36,251 nt of DNA from the NCBI GenBank assembly GCA_964448115.1, contig CAYUVA010000045.1, forward strand, positions 1-36,251, read 5' to 3'. Below are positions 19,328 through 28,501 of this stretch, piece by piece. The stretch comes from an uncultured bacterium. GTDB lineage: Bacteria > CAYUVA01. The position numbers were made by a program, and so were the translations under genes. The stretch's first letter is position 1. Every line of letters begins with the position of its first letter. A model generated the notes under the pieces. That model saw only the letters and a program-made list of their open reading frames with translations. It was not told where the DNA came from and made no database searches.

Positions 19328-20320
19328 TCATTTCCCCAGCCTTTGCCACCCGCTTTCTTCTCCTCGCCAGAGCCACAGATCACATAGGTAGCGCTTATCT
19401 TCCGTCCTACCCCCAAAAAAGGTTGCCCCACGACCGGGCAGATAACAGGCTGAATGCCCGTTGCGAGCCTTCGCGCCTGGCTTGGTTACACGCTTCCAGA
19501 CCATATCATCGAGAGCCAACTCAAAGACATCATCGAATACCTCGCCATCTTTTACACCACCGAATATGACCAGGCAATCCCGCTTTTCGTCTATGGCACC
19601 GGCAGCAAATGACATCGCCGGGGGTGGCGTTCCTTTGTTAGAAAGCCTGCGCCAATGCCAGTTATCGAGATCGAAAACCCATAGATCATCCAAGAATCCC
19701 AGCCAGTTATACCCTCCCCACAGAACTACTCTATTTCTCTTTTTATCATAGATTGCAACCTGCCCGTATCTTGCAGATGGCTTCTTACCGGTAAATAATA
19801 TCCTCCAATTGTCGGGTGTTCTTTGTTTTAAATACCAATCACCCAAATATCTCCCCTGAAAATTGAAGCCCAAGCCGACAAGATAGCGCTGATTGCCCAG
19901 ACATAGTAGCGATGCATTGCTTCGAGTGGAGGGCAAGAAGCCTACCGAGAGGTTGAAGTTGATATCTACCTGCCAGCGCTTGATCGAAAGATCGTACTCC
20001 ACCCAGTCGTTGAGGTGAACATAACCCCTGCATCCACCGAATATACAAAGCACTCGCTTCTGTTCATCATAGCAAAATGCCATGCCCTCACGAGGGGACG
20101 GTCTATATCCCTCAGGAGAAATCCCTTGCCAGTGTTCGGTTAAGATATCGAACCTCCAGACATCATCAAACCATCGTTGCCTGTCCCACCCCATGCTGAT
20201 ATACACTGTATTTCTGTCCGGAGCGAAAATAGCGCTAAAAGCGCGTGGAGAAGGATGCGGCTGCTCGCAGTAAACACTCGAGGCAATAAAAAATAACAGC
20301 GCTGTGATAACCCTTCCCAT
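19328..20320 (-). CDS. Secreted Kelch-repeat beta-propeller protein
   Basis: Signal peptide. Repeats PSPR...FGG...NDxW (PSPRAFS, PSPREG, PSTRSN, PSARYG, ARNGH). Confidence 0.88.
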   Translation of the reverse strand: MGRVITALLFFIASSVYCEQPHPSPRAFSAIFAPDRNTVYISMGWDRQRWFDDVWRFDILTEHWQGISPEGYRPSPREGMAFCYDEQKRVLCIFGGCRGYVHLNDWVEYDLSIKRWQVDINFNLSVGFLPSTRSNASLLCLGNQRYLVGLGFNFQGRYLGDWYLKQRTPDNWRILFTGKKPSARYGQVAIYDKKRNRVVLWGGYNWLGFLDDLWVFDLDNWHWRRLSNKGTPPPAMSFAAGAIDEKRDCLVIFGGVKDGEVFDDVFELALDDMVWKRVTKPGAKARNGHSACYLPGRGATFFGGRTEDKRYLCDLWLWRGEESGWQRLGK

Positions 20321-20519
20321 TCCTACTTAAATTTGACGCTTGAGTTAATTGTAATAATAGAAGATTTTATCTATTACCCTTTTGAGTCGATAGGAATGCA
20401 TGTTTTTTTAAAAAAGTTCCCTTGCAAAATCCAAGTCTTCTAACTTGGGAGATTACCCGGTGCTTGTAAAACCGCTACAAAGATAATAAGCTCATCTTCA
20501 GGTTAGGAAACGAAGATCT

Positions 20520-21155
20520 ATGGACAGTTTCAAGAAAATCCTAGTATTAGCGCCTCATACCGATGATGGCGAGCTTGGCTGCGGGGGCACAATGGCACGC
20601 TTCATCGAGGAGGGCAAGGATGTGCATTATGCAGCCTTCTCATGGTGCCAGACCTCGGTTCCTGAGGGATACCCCAAGGACATCCTAAAGCATGAATGGC
20701 GCAAGGCAATGGATGTTCTAGGCATCCCTGAATCGAATCGGCACCTGTTCAACTACCAGGTGCGCAAGTTTCCCATTACCCGTCAGGAGATACTCGAGGA
20801 CATGATCCGCTTCCGTGATGATCTGAAACCAGATCTGGTGATCATGCCATCGATGGGGGATCTGCACCAGGATCACCGCACCATAGCAGCCGAAGGGCTA
20901 AGAGCCTTCAAGGGAACAAGCATTCTTGGATACGAGATCCCCTGGAATAACATCACCTTCTCCACCCTCTCCTTCGTTTACCTTGAGAAGCGGCATGTTG
21001 AAAAGAAGATGGAGGCGCTGGCTTGCTATGCATCGCAGAGCTTTCGCGGCTATGCCAAGCCGGAGTTCGTCTTCTCCCTGGCACGAACCAGGGGAGTGCA
21101 GATCGAGGTAGATTACGCCGAGGTCTTCGAGGTTATCCGTTTCATCATCAAGTAA
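20520..21155 (+). CDS. PIG-L/LmbE family N-acetylsugar deacetylase
   Basis: APHTDDGELGCGG, HQDH, KKMEALACYASQ. Confidence 0.92.
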   Translation: MDSFKKILVLAPHTDDGELGCGGTMARFIEEGKDVHYAAFSWCQTSVPEGYPKDILKHEWRKAMDVLGIPESNRHLFNYQVRKFPITRQEILEDMIRFRDDLKPDLVIMPSMGDLHQDHRTIAAEGLRAFKGTSILGYEIPWNNITFSTLSFVYLEKRHVEKKMEALACYASQSFRGYAKPEFVFSLARTRGVQIEVDYAEVFEVIRFIIK

Positions 21156-21187
21156 TCACCAATTCGGGAAATAGCGCGTCTCCTTCC

Positions 21188-21216
21188 TTGACAAAAAGCC
21201 TGCGGGGACTTAATTT
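21188..21216 (+). promoter_or_regulatory. sigma70-type promoter for the Clp-like gene
   Basis: TTGACA (21188-21193), 17-nt spacer, TAATTT (21211-21216). Confidence 0.6.
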
Positions 21217-21238
21217 AATTATAGAGACCCTGTAACCG

Positions 21239-24200
21239 ATGGAAGAACCCAAGCAAAAATCCCTGATCGATAGAATATCCAAGCTCACCGAGGACACGCC
21301 CCTCGAAGAGCTGGAGCGCATCGATATCTCTGAGGCTGCCAACCTGACTCGAACCCTGACCTCTATCGCGCTCGGATTGTGCCTGAACCATTATCGTATC
21401 TTCAACCTGAACGATAGCAGGCTCAATAACAAGGTTAAAAAGCTCTTGAGCGCATCGAGCCTGCTGGATGCACATCGCTTCATTCTCGACTTTCTGAGAC
21501 ATGTAAGCCGGCACAATCTGCCACTGCGCATCCCGGAGCTGCGCCGGCTTTACCTGGATAGGGATGCTGCCAGCGATTATCCGAAGGCAATTCAGCATAT
21601 ACTTCAAACCATAGATGATGAAAGCAATGAACAAGAGGCGAACGAGGGGATCGATACGGATGCTTTTCGAGGCATTCTTCCCCTATTGAGGGAGGGACTA
21701 GCCCTCTACTCGCAGTACCAGCTAGTCAGGCTTCATACTTCCCCCTCAAGCAAGGGAAGCTGCCAGGTCATACCGATTCAGTTGGGAGAACCGCAGGGAA
21801 ATAAGGAGCCGCTTTATACTTTGGAGCTTAAGAAATCGCTAGGCTTGAACAATGTTTATGTTCTTTGCGCGGGCAGAAAGCTGATCTCGTTGTTTCCCAT
21901 CATCATCTTTAGCAGATGCCCTACTTGCAAGCAGGAGCATCTATTCATATTCAACAAGCGCACCTTTGAGCATATCGAGTATAAAGGCTGGCATCCGGAT
22001 CATAATCTGAAGACCGAGACTGGCGACTTCTACGCATACCTTGGCAAATACTACCTGAAGAAACAGCTTTACAATGAGGCAAAACAGGAACTTCAGCGAG
22101 TGCTGCATCGAGGAGGCTGCGATGATCGCGTAAAGGACGAACTATTCAATATATATATGAAGCTGGGCAACAGATACTACGAACAAAAGGACTACAAGGA
22201 AGCGCTCAAGGAATATCAAAGAGCCTACATGCTCAACTCGGACGAGATCTCGCTTTTATTCCATCTAGGCTATTGCAGCTTCAAGATCGGTCGCTATCCG
22301 GATGCGGTCGATTTTATGGAGAAGTTTCTTAAACACGAGAACAAATCGGTCCGGGCGCATGTGATCGCAGCTCGCTCCTATAGCGAGATCGATGACTATG
22401 CATGCGCAGCGGATCACTTCCAGGAGGCTCACCGGCTGGAGCCATCGGTTAAGCAGTACAAGGAGGAATGGAAGAAATACCAGGATAAGGCCAAAAGACA
22501 TCGAGATAAGGCAAGCGATGGCGCTGAGGTTGTAAAGCCGATCACGAAATTCCTCGTTGACCTTAACTTAAAGGCTCTAAAAGGAGAAATATCGCCCATC
22601 GTAGGCAGGGAATCCGAGCTGCAAAGCCTGGTCGAGATCCTAAACTGCATGGAGAAGAAGAACGCCCTGGTGCTTGGGGAATCCGGGGTCGGAAAGACCG
22701 CGCTGGTGTATGAGCTAGCCCTGCGCATCGTCAGCGGTTACTTTGGCGGAATCCTGGCTGATAAGAAGGTGTATGCATTGAATATTCCAGCCATCATAGC
22801 AGGCGCCAGGTATCGTGGCCAGTTGGAGGAACGGCTTGTGGAGCTAATCAAGGAACTCAAGCGCATGGATGATGTGATCCTGTTCATAGACGATATTCAC
22901 GGAATCATGGCGTCTGGTAATGCAAGAAATGTCAATGTTGATGCAGCCTTCATCCTGCGCCCGGCAATAGCCGAGGGCGATATCCAGGTCATCGGCGCTG
23001 CCTCATTCGAGCACTATAGGCTCAACATGGAGAATGATCCCTCCATAACCCGCAACTTCCAGATCATCAAGCTGCGAGAGCCTAATATGGAGGAAAACAT
23101 CGCTATCTTGCAGCACTACAAGCAGCGCTTCGAGAAGTTCCACAAGGTCAAGGTGCTTGATGAAACGCTGCCACTTATCATCGAGCTTTCCGATATCTTC
23201 ATCAGGGAGCGAAGCAACCCGGATAAGTCGATAGCGATCCTGGATAGAGCCTGCGCAATAGCCAAAGAACAGGAAGCCATGATCTCAAGCCAGGAACTGC
23301 CCCTGGTCGATAGACAGAAGATAATCCTCACCGTTTCGCGAAGAACCGGCATCCCCGAGGAGAAGCTAACCACCCAAGGCTCCGAGAAGTTCCTTGGCAT
23401 CGAGGAGCGACTGAAAAAGCGCATAGTGGGGCAAGATGAGGCAATTGAGAAGGTCGCCAGGGTGCTTAGAGTGTCCAAGATGAAACTTAGACTGAAGCCC
23501 TACCAGCCTGATGGCGTATTTCTGTTTCTAGGACCGACCGGGGTTGGAAAGACCGAGCTTGCGCTCGCCTTGACAGAGTTTCTCTTCGGCGACCCTAAGA
23601 AGATGATAAGGCTCGATATGTCCGAGTACATGGAATCTATCTCCACATCGAAGCTTATCGGGATCGCACCTGGCTATGTCGGATACCATGACAAGAACCA
23701 ACTCACCGACCGGGTCAAGGAAGATCCTTATTGCCTGGTGTTGCTCGATGAGATAGAAAAGGCGAGCCAGCAGGTGCTGAACCTGTTCTTGCAGGTCTTC
23801 GACACCGGGCGACTCACCGACAGCAAAGGCTGCGAGGTTTACTTCGATAATGTAACCTTCGTGATGACCAGCAACATAGGCACCAGCCTGTATGGACAGA
23901 CGCAGCTCGGCTTTGCCAGGGAAACATCGCCGGGGAGCATTTACGCCAAACCGCAGGTAACCAAGAGCGAGATGCTCAAGGAGATAAAGAAAGCGCTCCC
24001 GCCTGAGTTCATCAACCGTATCGATGAGATCATCTATTTCAACGCCCTAGGACCGGCGCAGATGTACGGGATATTGGAGCTAAACCTGGCGGTAATCGTT
24101 GAGCGGCTGCAAAACCAAAGAGCAATAAGGCTCGATGTGTCCCAGGAGGCAAAGGATCTTTTGGTCAAGGAGGGCTTCAGTCCCGAATTCGGCGCCAGAA

Positions 24201-24343
24201 ACCTGGCAAGGACGCTGCGGAGCATGTTTCTTGATCCGCTATCGGTATTCCTGATCAAGAATGAAGGACTAAGGCAGACATCTCTCTGTGTAGATGTATC
24301 TGGCAAGGGATTGACCTTTAACCTTGCCGACGATATCAACTAG
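21239..24343 (+). CDS. ClpA/ClpC-like double AAA+ ATPase with unusual N-terminal CxxC domain and TPR repeats
   Basis: NBD1 GESGVGKT, GARYRGQLEERL. NBD2 GPTGVGKT, RLDMSEY, PGYVG, LLDEIEKA, PEFINRIDE, FGARNL. TPR helices at about aa 265-400; CPTC. Confidence 0.9.
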   Translation: MEEPKQKSLIDRISKLTEDTPLEELERIDISEAANLTRTLTSIALGLCLNHYRIFNLNDSRLNNKVKKLLSASSLLDAHRFILDFLRHVSRHNLPLRIPELRRLYLDRDAASDYPKAIQHILQTIDDESNEQEANEGIDTDAFRGILPLLREGLALYSQYQLVRLHTSPSSKGSCQVIPIQLGEPQGNKEPLYTLELKKSLGLNNVYVLCAGRKLISLFPIIIFSRCPTCKQEHLFIFNKRTFEHIEYKGWHPDHNLKTETGDFYAYLGKYYLKKQLYNEAKQELQRVLHRGGCDDRVKDELFNIYMKLGNRYYEQKDYKEALKEYQRAYMLNSDEISLLFHLGYCSFKIGRYPDAVDFMEKFLKHENKSVRAHVIAARSYSEIDDYACAADHFQEAHRLEPSVKQYKEEWKKYQDKAKRHRDKASDGAEVVKPITKFLVDLNLKALKGEISPIVGRESELQSLVEILNCMEKKNALVLGESGVGKTALVYELALRIVSGYFGGILADKKVYALNIPAIIAGARYRGQLEERLVELIKELKRMDDVILFIDDIHGIMASGNARNVNVDAAFILRPAIAEGDIQVIGAASFEHYRLNMENDPSITRNFQIIKLREPNMEENIAILQHYKQRFEKFHKVKVLDETLPLIIELSDIFIRERSNPDKSIAILDRACAIAKEQEAMISSQELPLVDRQKIILTVSRRTGIPEEKLTTQGSEKFLGIEERLKKRIVGQDEAIEKVARVLRVSKMKLRLKPYQPDGVFLFLGPTGVGKTELALALTEFLFGDPKKMIRLDMSEYMESISTSKLIGIAPGYVGYHDKNQLTDRVKEDPYCLVLLDEIEKASQQVLNLFLQVFDTGRLTDSKGCEVYFDNVTFVMTSNIGTSLYGQTQLGFARETSPGSIYAKPQVTKSEMLKEIKKALPPEFINRIDEIIYFNALGPAQMYGILELNLAVIVERLQNQRAIRLDVSQEAKDLLVKEGFSPEFGARNLARTLRSMFLDPLSVFLIKNEGLRQTSLCVDVSGKGLTFNLADDIN

Positions 24344-24440
24344 TCCTTCATCAATTATCGAATGATATTCCCCTCGAAAGGGGCTTAACAAAGATTAGCA
24401 GTACTCGCCTCTATCAATGGCGCGGTTAAACATGGATAGC

Positions 24441-25241
24441 CTATTCTTTTGATCTACACCACGATATCCCTTTCCCCCAGATTCTCCGGAATCGCTGCCT
24501 TAGCAGCAGCCCAAAAAAGATCGGGTCTTGAATTAGGTATCGGCGCCAGAGCCTTTTAGGCTCCTTTGCCAGGCGATGCAGCCACTCCAGCCCGCTTTTT
24601 TGCATCCACAAAGGCGCTCGCTTCACCACGCCTGCCAGGTAATCGATGGCAATGCCCACGCCGATGCCGACCTTGGCACCACTAGCCTCAAGATAAGCAT
24701 CGAGCCATCTTTCCTGCTTCGGCGAGCCTAAGCCGACAAATAGAATATCAGCCTTGGATATGCGAATCTGGTCAGCCAAATGCTTGCACATTTGAACATC
24801 ACTATCGAAGCCGACTGGCGGGCATTGGATGCCAGAGACCTTCAGCTTGGGATATTGTTTTACCAGGTTATGGGCGGCTTTTTCCGCTGCCCTCGGCGAG
24901 CCACCTAGTAAGTAGATCCCCCACTTTTTATCCGCCGCTAGCTGGCATAGCTGGGGCATCAAGTCGGAGCCGCTCAGCTTGGCTTTAAGTGGAGTCTTTA
25001 GGAACCTGGCAGCCCATAGCAAAGGCATCCCATCGGCAAGCACTAGATCTGCCCTGGAGTACAAATCCCGGAATTTTTCATCCTTTTGAAGCCTGACCAG
25101 GTGATCCACATTCGGGGTGAAGACCATGTGTGCTCCGCCTTTATCGATAAAAGCCTCGATCTTCATAAGTGCTTCACTCATGGTCAGGTTATCGATTTTT
25201 ACGCCGAGTAATTCGATCTTTTCTGACATATTTTGCTTCAA
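24441..25241 (-). CDS. WecB/TagA/CpsF family glycosyltransferase
   Basis: TPNVDH, ADGMP, SGSDL, VGLGSPKQE, RAPLWMQKSGLEWLHRL, EPKRLWRRY. Confidence 0.95.
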   Translation of the reverse strand: MKQNMSEKIELLGVKIDNLTMSEALMKIEAFIDKGGAHMVFTPNVDHLVRLQKDEKFRDLYSRADLVLADGMPLLWAARFLKTPLKAKLSGSDLMPQLCQLAADKKWGIYLLGGSPRAAEKAAHNLVKQYPKLKVSGIQCPPVGFDSDVQMCKHLADQIRISKADILFVGLGSPKQERWLDAYLEASGAKVGIGVGIAIDYLAGVVKRAPLWMQKSGLEWLHRLAKEPKRLWRRYLIQDPIFFGLLLRQRFRRIWGKGISWCRSKE

Positions 25242-25350
25242 TAATTTATTACCAGTGATTTATATGGTATCTAGGCTAGTAACCGCAACTGGGTTACCGG
25301 TGATCCAGTTAACTTCACATCATGATAATCCATCCTCACTAGGGCTATTA

Positions 25351-25992
25351 TCACTTGATGATATACTTGAGCAGCACGAAGCCGCCGATCAAAAGTATAA
25401 CGAAAAGGATGGATAGAAGGTTAAAGTACTTATCGATGAATCTCTTTATCGGCTTGCCGAAGAGGTAAATCAAGCCGGCAACGATGAAAAACCTCGCCGA
25501 CCTGCTTATTGCCGATGCGATGATGAAAACCAGGAAATTTATCTGGCACAGCCCGGCGGTGATGGTAAAGACCTTGTACGGTATCGGCGTGAAGCCAGCG
25601 ATTCCCACAGCCCAGGCGGCATACTGCTGGTAGTAACCTTGTATCAACTCGAACTTGTCCATCAAGCCGTAAGCCTCGATGATAGGCTTTCCGATGCTGT
25701 CAAACAGAAACAAGCCGATGCCGTACCCCAATACACCGCCAATTACCGAGCCGATTGCACATACCAGAGCAAAGTATAAGGCTCTTTTGGGCAAGCCCAT
25801 AGCCAATGCGATAAGCAAAACATCCGGCGGAATGGGAAAGAAACTCGATTCGGCGACCGCTAGTATGAAAAGCGCAGGCACACCGTAAGGGGTTTCAGCC
25901 CAGTGCAGAACCCAGTCATAGAGCCTTCTTGTAAGCCCTGCCTTTTTAGGGCTTTTTCCTTCAACATCATCGATAGCAGATATGATCACCAA
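25351..25992 (-). CDS. YqaA/DedA (VTT domain) membrane protein
   Basis: AESSFFPIPPDVLL, GFTPIPYKVFTITAG, SRSARFF. Confidence 0.93.
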   Translation of the reverse strand: MVIISAIDDVEGKSPKKAGLTRRLYDWVLHWAETPYGVPALFILAVAESSFFPIPPDVLLIALAMGLPKRALYFALVCAIGSVIGGVLGYGIGLFLFDSIGKPIIEAYGLMDKFELIQGYYQQYAAWAVGIAGFTPIPYKVFTITAGLCQINFLVFIIASAISRSARFFIVAGLIYLFGKPIKRFIDKYFNLLSILFVILLIGGFVLLKYIIK

Positions 25993-26092
25993 AACACTCC
26001 CTTGATGTCCATGATACCTTGGTCAAAATCGAAGGGATATTAGCAGAATTACAACCCCTATTCCAGCAAAGCTTTCTTGCCATCAGGTATCC

Positions 26093-28396
26093 TCACGGTT
26101 TTGATTTCCGCTTATGCCTGATATAGTTATCCGTAAATCGAGCCCTTGAGGTTGCCAGCCGAGAGACCATCTCAATTAGATGATCATCGGTAATAGTTAT
26201 GCCGGTTGCATAGCTGTAGTTCCACACCTTTATATATGCCGAGTTTTTCGGCTTGGTGCCGGAGTTTCGATTGACCACCTCCCCGATCTTGAGCAAACTG
26301 CCATCGGGGTTTTTCTGATAAAAGGACAGCTTGATTACATCAGGTCCCAGGTATCCCTTGTCTGTAACCATCAAGACTACCGGTATCTCTTGCAAGATAT
26401 TTTGCATCGAATCGGTGATTAATGCTGTTGTAAGCTCGAAGTCGCTTTCTCTGCTGGTTTGCAGCGCCATATCAAGTGTCAATCCATTCAATACTTCGCC
26501 AACAGCAGGAGCAAAACAAAGCATGACATCTCCTTGCCGCTTTGCGTAGAAAGATTTAACATAACTATCCAGGAACTCCATAACCATCCAGGGAATGAAG
26601 CTGCCTGCATAGCCGGTGATGTTGCCGTTATCATCCCAAAGCCGAAGGAGTCTTTTCTCTTTAAGGGTGATTCCGCCATCCGCGAAAGCATCCGGTTTCC
26701 TGGCGCAAAACACCTCTGCAATCCTTGCATCGAGGCGCCGGATCGCCTCATCGAGCGAGAGCCCGACATCCGCCAATAACCTCAAGACCCTAAGATAGGT
26801 GTAAACCGGGCTGTCTATTATGCGCAAAAAGTTAAGGCGACCCCCTTGTGTAAAGATGATATGTCCGGATGGCTCGGCGCCGACCGCGGCATCGGCTTGA
26901 TTATCCTTTAGATATTCCATAAGACTCCTATCTCCGATCTTTACCGCCTGGTATTGCAATGGAGTCTTGCCGGCTTTTGATCTTCGAGCATTTTCCGCCT
27001 CGCAGGCTTTCTCCAGGGAGAGACCGCTCTCGTAAGTATAAACAGCATGGCTCAAATCATCGGCAGCACAGTAACTCACCAGCAGCTTGAGGATCGCATC
27101 GCCATCGATAACCGGGACCGGCCGCTGGCAAAGCATAGGCGAGGTTATGATCAACCGATCCGCATCGCCATCGAAGGCAACCGCTGGCAGAAGCTCAAGC
27201 TTGGAGAGCTTTTGAGTGATCATGTCTCTTAGCTCATCGTTCGCTTCCATCTGTCCCTCAGTGAACCCAATGGAAGATTGCCCCTTGCAAGGCTCGATAG
27301 TTAAACATGTACCAGCGGGATACTTGGCAAGATCGCCATCAGGGGGGAATATCACTATCCTGCCTTGCTTGGAATATCCGGCTACGCCGCGACTGAAGGC
27401 AAATATCTCCTCGCCGCTTAACTCGTGCTCGCTCTCGCCGTATAGATAAGCAGCCCCGCAGCAGTAATTGACCATGGCTGGATCGATGATGCCCCCGTAA
27501 ACGACAAGGGTGGCGCCCGCCTCCAGAAATAAACTTACAACGGGCATAGCATCGATGACCGACCCATTATCGCTTGCCCTCATAGCAGCAGAGCCGCAGG
27601 ACAGATCCATTGGTATCAGCTTGCCGGCAAACGGCCTGTCATCATCTGGAAACAGCTCGACAAGATACCCCTTGAGTTCCTGGTTGTATCTTTCCTTGGC
27701 ATCCTGTGCATTTATCTTTATCTCATCGAGAGCTATTTCATCGATTTCCCTTCCTGCCGATAGGCGTTTTCCCTGGCGAGCCAACTCGATATGCGCCAAG
27801 ACTTGTTGGTCGATCTCTCTCTCCAGGCTCACCGAGATGGGCTGGTTCCCGATGAAGACCTTGATTCCATTGTATCTCGCAGGATTATGCGAGGCGGTAA
27901 TAACGATATTCAGCTCTCCTGGATAGATGCCTACCGCGGTAGTGGGCAGTATCCCGCAATAGTGCGCCTCAGCTCCCTGTTGGATGAGACCTAGAGCTAA
28001 TGAAAGCAGTATGGGCGGTGCGGATTCCCTGGGGTCGTGGAATAGATTGACCTTCCTGCCAGTCGATCTATCGAGGATTATTTTAGCTAAACTGCGTGCG
28101 ATAAAATAAGCCAGCGGGATGCTGAGAATGTTACGCTCATAAAAAAAACGCAGCGCCTGGTCGAATGGTATTGGCTGCTCAGGGAATACCCCCCTCACCC
28201 CGGAGGTGCCGAAGAGACTGGGATCATCTTCGTAAGCTTTGATCGCTATTTGTTCATCATTCTCCTTCTCAATCTTTTTTGCAAGGTATTCCTTGATAAA
28301 GGAATCGATCATATCGATATGGATGCCTTTATTGCCTGTAATGCTCGTTGCAGTGCCGAATATATCCAACCAGGCTGCAATTTTATCTTTATGCAT
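26093..28396 (-). CDS. Oversized alpha-D-phosphohexomutase (GlmM/PMM/PGM superfamily); start may be 28396 or 28477
   Basis: FGTSGVRG, catalytic TASHNP, metal loop FDGDADR, GAEPSGH, RNSGTKP. About 767 aa. Confidence 0.8.
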   Translation of the reverse strand: MHKDKIAAWLDIFGTATSITGNKGIHIDMIDSFIKEYLAKKIEKENDEQIAIKAYEDDPSLFGTSGVRGVFPEQPIPFDQALRFFYERNILSIPLAYFIARSLAKIILDRSTGRKVNLFHDPRESAPPILLSLALGLIQQGAEAHYCGILPTTAVGIYPGELNIVITASHNPARYNGIKVFIGNQPISVSLEREIDQQVLAHIELARQGKRLSAGREIDEIALDEIKINAQDAKERYNQELKGYLVELFPDDDRPFAGKLIPMDLSCGSAAMRASDNGSVIDAMPVVSLFLEAGATLVVYGGIIDPAMVNYCCGAAYLYGESEHELSGEEIFAFSRGVAGYSKQGRIVIFPPDGDLAKYPAGTCLTIEPCKGQSSIGFTEGQMEANDELRDMITQKLSKLELLPAVAFDGDADRLIITSPMLCQRPVPVIDGDAILKLLVSYCAADDLSHAVYTYESGLSLEKACEAENARRSKAGKTPLQYQAVKIGDRSLMEYLKDNQADAAVGAEPSGHIIFTQGGRLNFLRIIDSPVYTYLRVLRLLADVGLSLDEAIRRLDARIAEVFCARKPDAFADGGITLKEKRLLRLWDDNGNITGYAGSFIPWMVMEFLDSYVKSFYAKRQGDVMLCFAPAVGEVLNGLTLDMALQTSRESDFELTTALITDSMQNILQEIPVVLMVTDKGYLGPDVIKLSFYQKNPDGSLLKIGEVVNRNSGTKPKNSAYIKVWNYSYATGITITDDHLIEMVSRLATSRARFTDNYIRHKRKSKP

Positions 28397-28501
28397 AGTA
28401 TTATCCGATCGCTCAAGATTGTTATCGCTGCTATTATACATAAGGGCAATGGCATTGAAACCCGCAGGTTTGAACATCCATGATTATTCTGCTAACAATC
28501 G

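Noticed and set aside
21239-24343. ClpV/TssH of a type VI secretion system, or ClpB
   Set aside because: No T6SS genes nearby, no ClpB coiled-coil M domain, and an LGF ClpP-docking-type loop is present.
24370-24383. Hairpin CCCCT-CGAA-AGGGG between convergent genes as a terminator
   Set aside because: Only a 5-bp stem with no convincing U tract on either strand.
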